Shown piece after piece: positions 20,613 through 31,024 of a stretch of DNA of 64,000 nucleotides. Origin of the DNA: Candidatus Berkelbacteria bacterium (GTDB lineage Bacteria; Patescibacteriota; UBA1384; 2-12-FULL-50-11). The notes under the pieces are model-generated. The model ran no database searches, was not told where the DNA came from, and was given only the letters and a program-made list of their open reading frames with translations. The translations under genes were made by a program, and so were the position numbers. How positions within the stretch are numbered: the first letter of the stretch is position 1; every line of letters begins with the position of its first letter. Location: contig CP066697.1 in NCBI GenBank assembly GCA_016432625.1, positions 586,561 through 650,560 of the forward strand, given 5' to 3'.

Positions 20613-22490
20613 CTAGATCATGTCTAAGAGATTCTGATCAATTTCCCGGATGAACCGGCTGGGGATAGTATTTGTCAGGCCGCCGTGAATAACCCTCTGG
20701 CGAGCAAGGGTTAAATAGAGGCGCTTACGAGCTCGTGTCATCGCTACGTAGCAAAGCCGCCGCTCCTCATCCATCTCCGCCTCCTCCTCTAGGGCGCGCA
20801 TGTGTGGGAAAAGACCTTCCTCGCAACCTGCCAAGAAAACTACTGTGAATTCTAATCCCTTAGAGGCGTGCATACTCATCAGCGTCACGGCATCGGCTCG
20901 AGCATCATAATTATCCACGTCGCTTATCAACGTGACGTGCTCCATAAATTCGTCTAGACTCTCAAACTCACTGGCAAGGTTCACTAGTTCCTCGACGTTC
21001 TCGACCCTGCCCTCGCCTTCAGGCGTACCGTCATCGACAAAAGATTTGTAACGGCTAAAGGCCAAAACTTTTTCAAGAATCTCTACTGGCGTCAAGCTCG
21101 CTGCCTGAGTACGGATCTGCTCCATATCGTCTTTGAACTTATCAACTTTCTCCCCACCTTTCTCCAGGGTTTTTGGGCCGATACCACGCGGCGGGGTGTT
21201 TATCGCTCTCTCAAACGAGTGTGTATCGCCGGGATTGGCAAGATACCTTAAGTACGAGAGCAGATCCTTCACTTCTTTACGTTCATAGAAGCGCAACGCG
21301 CCCACTAGTCGATACGGTACGCCCTGGCTTAAAAATATTTCTTCTAGGATACGAGACTGAGCGTTAGTGCGATAAAGTACAGCAAAGTCGTTCCAGTTAT
21401 GGCCGTAGCCTTTTAGGCCCCGTATCTCTGTCGCCACAAACTCCGCTTCGGCATAGGCGTTACTCGCTTCATAAACCGAGATCGGTGGGCCTTCTTCATT
21501 GTCAGTCCAAAGCTTCTTTTCGCTCCGCCTTTTGATCCGCTCTACGACCTGCGCGGCGCCAAGGATGATATTTTTGGTCGAACGATAGTTCTGCTCAAGT
21601 TTATAGACCTTGGAAGCTGGGAAATCCCGGTTGAAGTTAAGGATGTTTTGGAAATTAGCCCCCCGCCAGCCGTAAATAGACTGGTAGTCATCACCAACAA
21701 CGCAAAGGTTCTGCGATTTTGGGTTGGTTAGCAGGGCGGTCAGCCGGTACTGGGCGTGGTTTGTGTCTTGATACTCATCGACCATGACGTATTTGAATTG
21801 TTGGTGATATTTAGCCCTTACTTCAGGGAACTGCTCGAGTAGTTTGACAGTTGCCATAATAAGGTCGTCGAAATCGAGCGCCGAGAGCTCAACTAGTCGA
21901 CGCTGGTACTTTCGATAAACCTCAAGCGCAACTTGTTGAAAATATCCTTGAACGTATTTCGAGTAGTCCTCAGGACTAAGCAGCTCGTTCTTAGCTCCAG
22001 AGATTACCGACCGCACCGCGTTAGGGCTAATTTGCTTCGGATCGTAGCCAAGATTGCGGATGATACCTCGCGTTAGCGTCAATGAATCATCGGAGTCGAA
22101 AATCGTAAACGATTTTGGTAAGCCCAGCTGCTCGTGCTCTGCTCGTAAAATGCGGACACAAATTGAGTGAAAGGTGCCAACCCACGGTAAATAACGACGA
22201 GTGAATAAGTTGGGGTTGCGCTGGAAATCTTGTAACGACAATCCTAAAATATTGACAATCCTGCCCGCGAGCTCCTGCGCCGCCTTATTCGTAAACGTGA
22301 TAGCTAAAATCTCATTAGTCTCGGCTTTGCCTTCGGCAACGATGTATGCCAGCCGGTGCGTCAGGCACTTGGTCTTTCCCGAACCTGCGCCGGCAAGAAT
22401 TAATACCGGACCGTCAGTCGCAAGGACCGCCTCTTTTTGAGCCAGGTTTAGACCTCCAAGAACAGCCTCAGAAACTGGGGAGCCGGGCAT
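20613..22490 (-). CDS. pcrA: ATP-dependent DNA helicase PcrA/UvrD (lacks C-terminal Tudor domain)
   Basis: AGAGSGKT, TFTNKAA, DEYQDTN, VGDDYQSIY, LEQNYRS, KGLEF, EERRLCYVAMTRA. Confidence 0.96.
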   Translation of the reverse strand: MPGSPVSEAVLGGLNLAQKEAVLATDGPVLILAGAGSGKTKCLTHRLAYIVAEGKAETNEILAITFTNKAAQELAGRIVNILGLSLQDFQRNPNLFTRRYLPWVGTFHSICVRILRAEHEQLGLPKSFTIFDSDDSLTLTRGIIRNLGYDPKQISPNAVRSVISGAKNELLSPEDYSKYVQGYFQQVALEVYRKYQRRLVELSALDFDDLIMATVKLLEQFPEVRAKYHQQFKYVMVDEYQDTNHAQYRLTALLTNPKSQNLCVVGDDYQSIYGWRGANFQNILNFNRDFPASKVYKLEQNYRSTKNIILGAAQVVERIKRRSEKKLWTDNEEGPPISVYEASNAYAEAEFVATEIRGLKGYGHNWNDFAVLYRTNAQSRILEEIFLSQGVPYRLVGALRFYERKEVKDLLSYLRYLANPGDTHSFERAINTPPRGIGPKTLEKGGEKVDKFKDDMEQIRTQAASLTPVEILEKVLAFSRYKSFVDDGTPEGEGRVENVEELVNLASEFESLDEFMEHVTLISDVDNYDARADAVTLMSMHASKGLEFTVVFLAGCEEGLFPHMRALEEEAEMDEERRLCYVAMTRARKRLYLTLARQRVIHGGLTNTIPSRFIREIDQNLLDMI

Positions 22491-23854
22491 TAATCGGGTC
22501 GACTCGCTGGGGTATTGGTTTTAGCGCGGCGCTCAACGTCGTAGAATCTGGCTTGCTCGGCCTTGAAATGCAGCTCAACTTCACCGATCGGACCGTTTCG
22601 GTGTTTACGGATCAGCAGATCGGTAACGCCTTTGCGCTCAGTTTCTCTGTCGTAATAATCCTCGCGGTAAAGGAACATCACCACATCAGCATCTTGCTCG
22701 ATCGAACCGGACTCGCGTAGATCTGAGAGCTGCGGGACTTTCTTTTCCCGACCCTCGACGGCGCGCGAGAGCTGAGAAAGCGCTATCACCGGCACGTCGA
22801 GCTCCCTGGCTAAGGCCTTTAGTGAGCGCGAGATCTCCGATACTTCCTGAACACGATTAGAATCGCGATTTTCCCGACGGGATGATTCCAGCAGCTGTAA
22901 ATAGTCGATGACAATTAGGCCCAACTGCTGCTCGGCGCGCAAGCGGCGAGCTTTGGTGCGAATTTCAATCGCCGTCAGAGTTGGTGAGTCGTCAATATAA
23001 ATCGGCGCCTCAGCCAGCGTTCCCATTGCCATACCGATGGCCGGAAAGTCGTCTTCGCTCAGATTGCCAGTCCGTAATTTCCAGTTGTCCACCATGGCTT
23101 GTGCGCAAATCAGACGATCAACAATCTGCTCCTTACTTTGTTCCAAGGAGAAAAAACCAACCGGGACTTGAGCTTTGACGGCAGCGTTCAGGGCGATATT
23201 TAAAGCAAAAGTTGTTTTACCCATACTTGGACGGGCAGCAAGAATAATAAGATCGGACGGCTGCAAACCTGAGAGTTTATTATCGAGATCTTTAAACCCA
23301 GTTGGCACACCGCGTAGCAAACCTTTTTCGCGGTGCAGCCGGTCAATGCGGTCAAAACTACCCGCCAATATATCGCTAATAACCTGGAAATTGTCCTTCA
23401 AGAGCTGCCTAGAAACGCCGAATAGCGCTGATTCTGCTTCGTCGAGAATTACCTGCACTTCGGCTTCCTCATCGTAACCAAGCTCAGCGATCTTCTGGCC
23501 AGCATTGAGAATACGGCGGAGCGTGGCCTTATGCCTAACAATCTCAGCGTAATGTAGGACGTGCACGGCGGTCGGCACTGTATTAACTAACTCTGCTATA
23601 TAGGCAGCGCCGCCGACTGTATCCAATTCCTTCAAGGCTTCAAGCTCGTTAGTTAACGTTACTAGGTCGATTGGCGAACGCTTTTCGAACAGTCGCAGGA
23701 TGGCTCGAAAGATTTTTTGATGGTCTTGTCGATAGAAATCTTCGGCAATTAAAACGTCGGCCACTTTGTCCATGGCATCTTTGTTAACCAAAATTGCGCC
23801 CAAGACGGCGGCCTCAGCCTCAATATTCTGTGGCGGTAATTTACCGATAGCCAT
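22490..23854 (-). CDS. dnaB: Replicative DNA helicase
   Basis: PPQNIEAE, AARPSMGKT, DYLQL, LSQLSR, SDLRESGSIEQDAD; no intein. Confidence 0.98.
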   Translation of the reverse strand: MAIGKLPPQNIEAEAAVLGAILVNKDAMDKVADVLIAEDFYRQDHQKIFRAILRLFEKRSPIDLVTLTNELEALKELDTVGGAAYIAELVNTVPTAVHVLHYAEIVRHKATLRRILNAGQKIAELGYDEEAEVQVILDEAESALFGVSRQLLKDNFQVISDILAGSFDRIDRLHREKGLLRGVPTGFKDLDNKLSGLQPSDLIILAARPSMGKTTFALNIALNAAVKAQVPVGFFSLEQSKEQIVDRLICAQAMVDNWKLRTGNLSEDDFPAIGMAMGTLAEAPIYIDDSPTLTAIEIRTKARRLRAEQQLGLIVIDYLQLLESSRRENRDSNRVQEVSEISRSLKALARELDVPVIALSQLSRAVEGREKKVPQLSDLRESGSIEQDADVVMFLYREDYYDRETERKGVTDLLIRKHRNGPIGEVELHFKAEQARFYDVERRAKTNTPASRPD

Positions 23855-23856
23855 AG

Positions 23857-25329
23857 CTACTTCGTCTCCTCTAGCTCAAAAACGTCTACCACTGTCCGTA
23901 CCAGATCATCATTGTTACTGACGCCGACGTCAAGGTCGGCGCGGATAACACACTCGAGCTTCATCGGCCGACCGGCCACTTCGTTGGCGACCGCCTCGAT
24001 AATTTTCCTATTTCGCGCCTCGTTCATCCGGTCAACATAAAAACGGAACTTGACGGCTACGACGACACTAGTTTCGCTGAGTCCCTCGAGTCTCGCGGCT
24101 CTCACAACCATGTACAAAGCATGATTATGGCCTTTGATTCCTTCGAGGAACTTATTCCAGAAAGTTGCGTCTGCGTCAGTTGTGCCAGTTGCCTGAACGC
24201 TTGCCGCGACAGTGTCGACAGGGGCTGGGGCATCTACGGTGAGGGGCTTTTCGACCTTCTGTACGTCGCGCATTGCCGGAGGTGCGTTGGTAACTTTGAG
24301 GTTGGCAGCAGGGCGAAGTGTCAGGGCAAGATTAATAAATTCGGCCAAAATTAAAGCTGTTGGGTCAACTGAGGAGCGCGACCGAGCCAGCACAAGCAGC
24401 AGCTGCTCTAGCACGCGCGCCACGGCTGGTTCAACTGAGAGCGAAGCGTTATCGAGGATCATATTCTTGCACTCATCGGCCACGGCTTTAGCAAGTACGG
24501 TGATGTCCCCGCCCGAAGCGAGAAAGTTTTTCAAAACGCTGGCTAATTTGTCAGCGTCGCCCTCTTGTAATAGTTGGAGCGTTTCTAGGACGATTTGGTG
24601 CGGCGGCAAGCCCAGCAGCTCTCTGACTTTAGCCACGTTCAACTCCCCCTCTTGACTAGCAATGTTACCAAGCAGCGTCAGAGCGTCCCGGTACGAGCCG
24701 TCGGCACGAGCCGCGATCGCCTGGACAGCTTCGCCGTCTAGCTTTAGTTTTTCCTTCCTCCCTACCGTCTCGAGCAGACTGACCAAAGCTTCGGTTGAAG
24801 CTCTACGAAATTGATAACGCTGGCAACGAGAGATGATCGTCTCTGGTACTTTGTGCAGTTCGGTTGTCGCTAGGATAAAAATCACGTGAGACGGCGGTTC
24901 CTCGAGGGTTTTCAACAAGGCATTAAAGGCTTCCTTCGTCAGCATGTGTACTTCATCGATGATGTAAACCTTGTACTTGGCTCGGGCTGGAGCGAAGTTA
25001 ACCCGCTCTCTTAACTCGCGAATTTCGTCGATTCCGCGATTAGAAGCGGCGTCGATCTCAAACACATCAACTGACCTGCCTTCGCCAATCTCAAGACAAA
25101 GTTCGCAGCTGTTGCATGGGTTTTGATTTGGGGGTCGTTTCTGGCAGTTTAGTGACCGAGCAAATAGCCTGGCTAGTGTTGTCTTGCCAGTACCGCGGGA
25201 GCCAGAGAATAAATAGGCGTGGCCGACACGGTTATTTTTGAGTGAAGTAACAAGAGACGAACAGATATGCTCCTGCCCTAAAACATCATCAAAAATCTTG
25301 GGCCGATAAGCGCGATAGAGGCTCGACAT
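23857..25329 (-). CDS. dnaX: DNA polymerase III subunit gamma/tau
   Basis: LYRAYRP, GSRGTGKTT, EIDAASNRG, IIDEVHML, LLKTLEEPP, SRC. Confidence 0.97.
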   Translation of the reverse strand: MSSLYRAYRPKIFDDVLGQEHICSSLVTSLKNNRVGHAYLFSGSRGTGKTTLARLFARSLNCQKRPPNQNPCNSCELCLEIGEGRSVDVFEIDAASNRGIDEIRELRERVNFAPARAKYKVYIIDEVHMLTKEAFNALLKTLEEPPSHVIFILATTELHKVPETIISRCQRYQFRRASTEALVSLLETVGRKEKLKLDGEAVQAIAARADGSYRDALTLLGNIASQEGELNVAKVRELLGLPPHQIVLETLQLLQEGDADKLASVLKNFLASGGDITVLAKAVADECKNMILDNASLSVEPAVARVLEQLLLVLARSRSSVDPTALILAEFINLALTLRPAANLKVTNAPPAMRDVQKVEKPLTVDAPAPVDTVAASVQATGTTDADATFWNKFLEGIKGHNHALYMVVRAARLEGLSETSVVVAVKFRFYVDRMNEARNRKIIEAVANEVAGRPMKLECVIRADLDVGVSNNDDLVRTVVDVFELEETK

Positions 25330-25446
25330 GTCGAAGTCATACTGCCACGACTGGGCCTAAAAGTCATTACCAGCCTACCATCGAGGATGGGTTTTGCTCC
25401 CTGGCCGTCTAGGCAAATTCTGGTAGCATAATTTAAGGAGGGGAAA

Positions 25447-27336
25447 TTGGCTGTTACCAACGACATTATCAAAAAAATCAGTCAAAAAACTAACCAGCCT
25501 GTCTTTAAAGTGCGGGCGTATTTACGAGGCCTAACCGACATCATCGCTTCCGGTCTTAGTGAAGGCAGTAAAGTTGAAACCGACGGTCTGGGGACGTTCA
25601 AATTAACTCGCTTGCCGGAGCGCAAGGTTGTGACAAATTTCGGCGGTAAAAAGCAAACAATCACACTTGAGGCAGCTGTCACGCCAGATTTCGACGTTGA
25701 CCCGGTGCTTCAGAATAAAATAACAACTACTCCCAAGCCTACCGCCGCTGACGGCCCAATCACCGAGCAGTTCCGCATCAGCAACCTTCATACCAGAGAA
25801 TCAGCCGTTCAATTCATTGAGCTAGTAGACAAGACGATTCCTAAAAATGTCTTGAACCTAGTCCCGGAGCCGATCGCTCGCAAGTATCAAGCTGTCCCAT
25901 TCTCCCTTAAAGATAAGACCGTTTATATCGGTATGACCGACCCTGAGAATGAAGAAGCCTTTAACGCCATCCGAAAGTCTTCTGGTAAGATCGTCAAAGC
26001 ATTTATCACTACTCAAGACGATGTTAACCATGTGCTCGATCAATATTCTGGCTTGCAGTCTGACCTCAGCGAGCTAGTTGAGATTTCCGAGGAAGAAGAT
26101 AAGAACCAGTCTACGAAGGAGAAAGTTAGCGAAGAGGACTTTGCTGAGACTTCGCCAGCTGCCAAAATCGTCGCTTCTCTGCTCAAACGTGCCGTACGCG
26201 AAAAAGCCTCAGATATTCACGTTGAGCCGTCGGAAGAAGACGTTGTTGTCCGTTTCCGTATCGATGGCGTGCTGCGCAAGGTGCTGAACTTGCCGAAAGA
26301 AGTTCAGCCCGCCGTGATTTCTCGGGTTAAGATCCTTTCCAGCCTGAAGATCGATGAGACTCGTTTACCGCAAGACGGTAGGATTCAGATTCTCCTTGAC
26401 GGCAATAAGATCGACTTTCGTATCTCAACCCTGCCGACAGTTAACGGCGAAAAGGTCGTCGCCCGCGTCCTCGACCACTCACATGGCGTCCTTACATTGG
26501 CCGACCTAGGCGTCCGCGGTAGCTCCTTCAAAGTGCTGGAGGAAAATCTAACCAAGGCACATGGCATGACGCTAATTACTGGGCCAACCGGGAGCGGTAA
26601 GTCCACGACGCTTTACGCGATGATCGCCCGTATCAAAAACGAGGCCATTAACATTATTACTATGGAAGACCCGGTGGAGTACCGGATGCCTGGCGTCAAC
26701 CAAAGCCAGGTAAACGCCAAGATTAATTTCAACTTCGCTAGTGGGCTCCGGTCAATCCTGCGCCAGGATCCAGACGTTGTGATGGTCGGCGAGATTCGCG
26801 ACAAAGAGACAGCTGATATCGCTATTAACGCTGCCTTGACTGGGCACGTTGTTTTAAGCTCGCTCCACACTAATGACTCAGCCGGAGCCTTACCGCGCTT
26901 ACTCGATATGGGCATCGAGCCGTTTCTCATTACTTCAAGCACCAACGCAATTGTGGCGCAGCGACTTTGCCGGAAAATTTGCGATAAGTGTAAACAGGAA
27001 GCGCCTCCGAAACCCGAGTACCAAGTGGTAATTAGCCAAGAAATTGAGAATCTTCCCGAAAAAGAAAAGGCCGAGGCTAAGAGCAAGAAAAGCCTTTTTG
27101 TCGGCGCTGGCTGTAACGCTTGTGGCAATTCAGGATATAAGGGCCGGATTGGTATTTTTGAAGTTATGGCGATCACTGAACCGATCAGAATGCTGACGAT
27201 CAAGCGCGCCTCTTCGACAGAGATTATGCAACAAGCCAAAAAAGACGGGACGATCAGTATGAAACAGGACGGCATCCTCAAAGCTTTGGACGGCCTCACG
27301 ACGATCGAAGAAGTTTGGCGCGTCACCAAAGACTAG
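25447..27336 (+). CDS. pilB: Type IV pilus assembly ATPase PilB/GspE with N-terminal HU/IHF-like domain
   Basis: ASDIHVEP, RLPQDGR, GPTGSGKSTT, EDPVE, LRQDPD, GEIRD, TGH, C4 zinc site, GYKGR; residues 1-92 resemble HU. Confidence 0.93.
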   Translation: MAVTNDIIKKISQKTNQPVFKVRAYLRGLTDIIASGLSEGSKVETDGLGTFKLTRLPERKVVTNFGGKKQTITLEAAVTPDFDVDPVLQNKITTTPKPTAADGPITEQFRISNLHTRESAVQFIELVDKTIPKNVLNLVPEPIARKYQAVPFSLKDKTVYIGMTDPENEEAFNAIRKSSGKIVKAFITTQDDVNHVLDQYSGLQSDLSELVEISEEEDKNQSTKEKVSEEDFAETSPAAKIVASLLKRAVREKASDIHVEPSEEDVVVRFRIDGVLRKVLNLPKEVQPAVISRVKILSSLKIDETRLPQDGRIQILLDGNKIDFRISTLPTVNGEKVVARVLDHSHGVLTLADLGVRGSSFKVLEENLTKAHGMTLITGPTGSGKSTTLYAMIARIKNEAINIITMEDPVEYRMPGVNQSQVNAKINFNFASGLRSILRQDPDVVMVGEIRDKETADIAINAALTGHVVLSSLHTNDSAGALPRLLDMGIEPFLITSSTNAIVAQRLCRKICDKCKQEAPPKPEYQVVISQEIENLPEKEKAEAKSKKSLFVGAGCNACGNSGYKGRIGIFEVMAITEPIRMLTIKRASSTEIMQQAKKDGTISMKQDGILKALDGLTTIEEVWRVTKD

Positions 27337-27337
27337 C

Positions 27338-28543
27338 ATGTCGCAATATAGCTACGTCGCCAGAGAAATTAGCAACTCCGTAAAACATACCGGGCAGCTC
27401 GAAGCGGCAAATGTTGCCGAGGCAACAAAGCAGTTAAGAGGGCAGGGCTTGTTGCCGATAAAGATTACGGAGGGCAAGGGCGGATTGCGCTTAACGATCA
27501 ATCGTAAAAATGTACCGTTAAAAGAGAAGATAATTTTCACGAGACAGCTGGCGGTTATGGTGAAAGCCGGTTTGCCGCTGGTTAAAGCCCTTGAAGCACT
27601 CGCCAGACAGACCGAGAACAAATTCTTCCGTGAGGTAATCACTGAGATAATTAAACAAGTTGAAGGCGGAGCACAGCTTTCCGCCGTCATGAACCGCTAC
27701 CCAAAGGTTTTCAGCGAGGTTTATATTGCCGTGATCAAAGCTGGCGAGCAGACCGGGCAACTGAGCGAAGTGCTTTTCAATCTGGCGGATCAACAGGAAA
27801 AACAGGCCGACTTAATCTCTAAAGTTCGCGGCGCCCTAATGTACCCAGCGGTTATTTTTGTCGCATTAATTGGGGTTATTTTCTTAATAGTATTCTTCGT
27901 TCTACCAAGCCTCCAAACAGTTTTCCGTGACTTCGGCGCTGAGTTACCGCTGACAACAAGAATACTTTTCGGCATAAGTACAGTCGCTCGAAAATATTTC
28001 TACATCGTTTTCCCCGCCCTGATAGCACTATTTTATCTACTGCGGCTGTGGGTGCTGCGCCCTGGCGGTCGTTTAGTCTATGACAAAGTCAAAATTAATT
28101 TGCCAATTTTCGGCTCGCTAACCAAAAAAGTCTACATGGCGAGTTTTTCGCGAACGATGGGAATGCTGGTTCGATCCAGTTTACCGATCCTCCTCTCGAT
28201 AAAAATTGTTCAAAAAACGATCAATAATAAGCACTACGAAGCGGCATTTGACCGAATTGCGGCGCTTGTTGAATCTGGAAAGCCGCTCTCAGCTGCGATC
28301 GCTAAAGAGGAGCTGTTCCCACCCATGGTCTCTCAACTCACCACTCTAGGCGAAGAGTCTGGTAACTTGGAGTCAGTCCTCCAAGAAATCACTCGATTTT
28401 ACGACTCCGAAATCGACAATATGACCAAAAACATGGCCTCGCTAATCGAGCCGATAATGTTGGTCATAATGGGTATTGGCGTCGCGTTCGTCGTCGCCTC
28501 GGTATTAGGACCAATTTATAAACTAGTGTCCGACTTTCATTAA
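27338..28543 (+). CDS. pilC: Type IV pilus platform protein PilC (T2SS F family)
   Basis: FTRQLAVM..AGLPL, GEQTGQL, ALMYP, GEESGNL, IEPI. Confidence 0.95.
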   Translation: MSQYSYVAREISNSVKHTGQLEAANVAEATKQLRGQGLLPIKITEGKGGLRLTINRKNVPLKEKIIFTRQLAVMVKAGLPLVKALEALARQTENKFFREVITEIIKQVEGGAQLSAVMNRYPKVFSEVYIAVIKAGEQTGQLSEVLFNLADQQEKQADLISKVRGALMYPAVIFVALIGVIFLIVFFVLPSLQTVFRDFGAELPLTTRILFGISTVARKYFYIVFPALIALFYLLRLWVLRPGGRLVYDKVKINLPIFGSLTKKVYMASFSRTMGMLVRSSLPILLSIKIVQKTINNKHYEAAFDRIAALVESGKPLSAAIAKEELFPPMVSQLTTLGEESGNLESVLQEITRFYDSEIDNMTKNMASLIEPIMLVIMGIGVAFVVASVLGPIYKLVSDFH

Positions 28544-28605
28544 ATAATGACTGACTGTATTCTAATAATTAAGCTGTTAATTGGTTCGCAAAAAGCGGAG
28601 GGGTT

Positions 28606-29643
28606 TTGAATACAACGATCGGTATCGACATTGGCTACGAGACGGTGAAAGTCATCGGCCTCGAGAATCACGGCAAGCGCTGGAAACTGCGCGGTATGAA
28701 TATTGCCCCAATTCCTGCCAATTCCTGGCAAACTGATGCCATTCTCAACCAGGACGCTATCGCTCAAACGGTTATTGAAACCCTAAAGAACGCTAAACCT
28801 GACGCCATCAACGGCAAGAGGGCGATGTTCGCTTTGCCAGAGTCGGTGATATTCTCCGGAACTTTTGCCATGCCGTTACTTGATAAGGAAGAACTTGCGC
28901 AGGCGATACCATTCGAACTCGCCGATAAGCTGTCGATCAATCTGGAAGAATTCTATTTCGACTATGAGGTCGTGACTACTAAGTGCAAGCCGCTAAGCCC
29001 AGCAGAGCTCGAGAAACTATCTAAGGCATCGGCCAAAACAAAGGACAGTAAAAAACCGGAGCCAACGCCGATCGAACAAGACGCGATGACCGTGTTTGCC
29101 GTGGCTGCGAAAAAGACGCTTATTGAGTCTGTAGTCTCCTTAGCAAAGAAGGCCGGCTTAGACCCTGCGGGTATCGACATCAAGCCTGGGGCAATCGCTA
29201 GGGCGGTAATCAGGCAGGGCGACGAGAAGGCTCGCGCCATCATCGACCTAGGGGCCGGAAGTACAGGCGCCTCAATCGTTGAAGGACAGAGCATAAGAGT
29301 TACCTCTACTGTTCCCTGGGGTGTTAAAGCCCTATTAGACAAAGGCCTTGGCGTCGAACAGCTGCGCAAGGAGTTCGCCGCTGTCTTCGATGAACTGGTT
29401 CATGTAACTAAGTTCTTCGAAAACCGTGTTTGTCCCGGAACGACGATCGAGGAGATCATCCTTTCTGGCTCAGGTACTAATATTCCACAGATAATCGATG
29501 TCTTTCAGCAAGAGACCGGTCTGCCATCAAAAATCGGCGAGCCGTTCGGCAATGTCGACACTGACCACTACCCGATCAAGGTTCAGTACTCGCACACCTT
29601 TTCCGATGCCGTTGGCCTAGCGATGAGGGACAACGATGCTTAA
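28606..29643 (+). CDS. pilM: Type IV pilus assembly protein PilM
   Basis: IGIDIG, IDLGAG, ILSGSG, AVGLAMR (actin-like fold); follows pilC. Confidence 0.88.
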   Translation: MNTTIGIDIGYETVKVIGLENHGKRWKLRGMNIAPIPANSWQTDAILNQDAIAQTVIETLKNAKPDAINGKRAMFALPESVIFSGTFAMPLLDKEELAQAIPFELADKLSINLEEFYFDYEVVTTKCKPLSPAELEKLSKASAKTKDSKKPEPTPIEQDAMTVFAVAAKKTLIESVVSLAKKAGLDPAGIDIKPGAIARAVIRQGDEKARAIIDLGAGSTGASIVEGQSIRVTSTVPWGVKALLDKGLGVEQLRKEFAAVFDELVHVTKFFENRVCPGTTIEEIILSGSGTNIPQIIDVFQQETGLPSKIGEPFGNVDTDHYPIKVQYSHTFSDAVGLAMRDNDA

Positions 29644-30190
29644 CCTCCTGCCACCAGAAACCAGAAAGCGCCAACACGCCAAATCCTCGCTCTACAGTCT
29701 TAGCGTTGTTTATATCATCATCGTCGCCGTACTTTTTCTTGGCGCTGGCGCGCTTGGAACGTGGCAGTTCGTGCTGCAAAACGATATCAACATGCGTAAT
29801 GAAGAGATAAGCCGGCTCAGGGCTAAAAAAGAGGCTCAGAGTGAAGTTGTGCTGAAAGCTGCCTTCATTGAAGATCGAATGAGTACCGCTGGCAGTTTCC
29901 AGGAGGATCAGAAATGGGAAGAGGTACTAGGCGATGTCGCTCAGGCAACACCGACCGATGTGCAATTGAGCTCGATCAAAGTGACAACTAAACCAACCCA
30001 GGTGTTAACCGTCGGCGGCAGCACCACCAATGCTCGAGCGATTGTCCTTTTCCGCGACAAGCTAGGCGCCACTAGCCGCTTTAAGGCTGCCGCAATTAGC
30101 TCCATCTCAGAGAATAAAACCGATACCAGCCGGGTCTTCACCTTCACAATCGAGATTAGTATCGGCACCTCAACCAAGGAGGGTAACTAA
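29636..30190 (+). CDS. pilN: Type IV pilus assembly protein PilN
   Basis: N-terminal LNLLP motif, TM, coiled coil, P..V.L..I. Confidence 0.85.
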   Translation: MLNLLPPETRKRQHAKSSLYSLSVVYIIIVAVLFLGAGALGTWQFVLQNDINMRNEEISRLRAKKEAQSEVVLKAAFIEDRMSTAGSFQEDQKWEEVLGDVAQATPTDVQLSSIKVTTKPTQVLTVGGSTTNARAIVLFRDKLGATSRFKAAAISSISENKTDTSRVFTFTIEISIGTSTKEGN

Positions 30191-30937
30191 ATGCTAGTTA
30201 AAAGCACATCGTTTTGGATCGCGACGGGAATATTTCTGGTCGCTTGCCTAGGTATCGTTTGGCTTGTTTTCCCTAAACTCATTTCCAAATTTCGCTTAGC
30301 GCAGCAAACACTCAAAACCGCCAATGAGGAAGTCGCTAAAACTCAGCAGTTTCTAAACACCGTCGAGACGTTAAATAAGAACCTCGACGACCTCGGAAAA
30401 TACAACGAAGCAGCCCGGCTGGCTTTGCCAACGACGACTGAGCCAGAGCAGTTACTGCTGCAACTGAACGGCCTTATTGCCGACCTAAAACTCGACGCCA
30501 CGGTCACCGTACCGATTAGCAAGACAACAGGGACGAGTACTACGTCGGGCGCCAGCTCAGGAGTAAAAGCCGGTTCGATCGGCGGTGGCACAGTCGTTAG
30601 TAATGAGAATGCCAACACCGACACTGGCGTCACCTTTACGATCAACGGGAAGTTCGGTTTTGGGGAACTGCAGACACTTATAGGACGCCTACGAACCTTC
30701 AGTCGCTGGAATAAAATCCAATCCATCGACATAACCCGTTCGGATTCCGCGTCGACAGTCTCAATTACGGGCCAGGTTTTCTCGAAACCTCTTAGCGGTA
30801 AAGAGTTCTCCGCCGCCGATCCACAATTCCTGAAAAAGGCCGGCGATTTATTCGGGGGCCTGCGTAGCTATGCGACAATCCCCGATATAACCCAAGAGGG
30901 CTCTTACGGACGCAAGGATCCGTTCGCCGGCCTATAG
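30191..30937 (+). CDS. pilO: PilO-like pilus assembly protein
   Basis: TM, coiled coil, ALP, ends GRKDPF; follows pilN. Confidence 0.7.
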   Translation: MLVKSTSFWIATGIFLVACLGIVWLVFPKLISKFRLAQQTLKTANEEVAKTQQFLNTVETLNKNLDDLGKYNEAARLALPTTTEPEQLLLQLNGLIADLKLDATVTVPISKTTGTSTTSGASSGVKAGSIGGGTVVSNENANTDTGVTFTINGKFGFGELQTLIGRLRTFSRWNKIQSIDITRSDSASTVSITGQVFSKPLSGKEFSAADPQFLKKAGDLFGGLRSYATIPDITQEGSYGRKDPFAGL

Positions 30938-31024
30938 TCGGCGAAATGCCGACTTTCCCTAGGGATTTTCCCGGCGGGTATAGGCCTTGGGATTGCAGCA
31001 CTGCCCGTAAGATCTACAATTGTT

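Noticed and set aside
25330-25446. Possible replication origin at the strand switch between dnaX and pilB
   Set aside because: No DnaA boxes or AT-rich unwinding element; the region is only 117 bp and fits divergent promoters.
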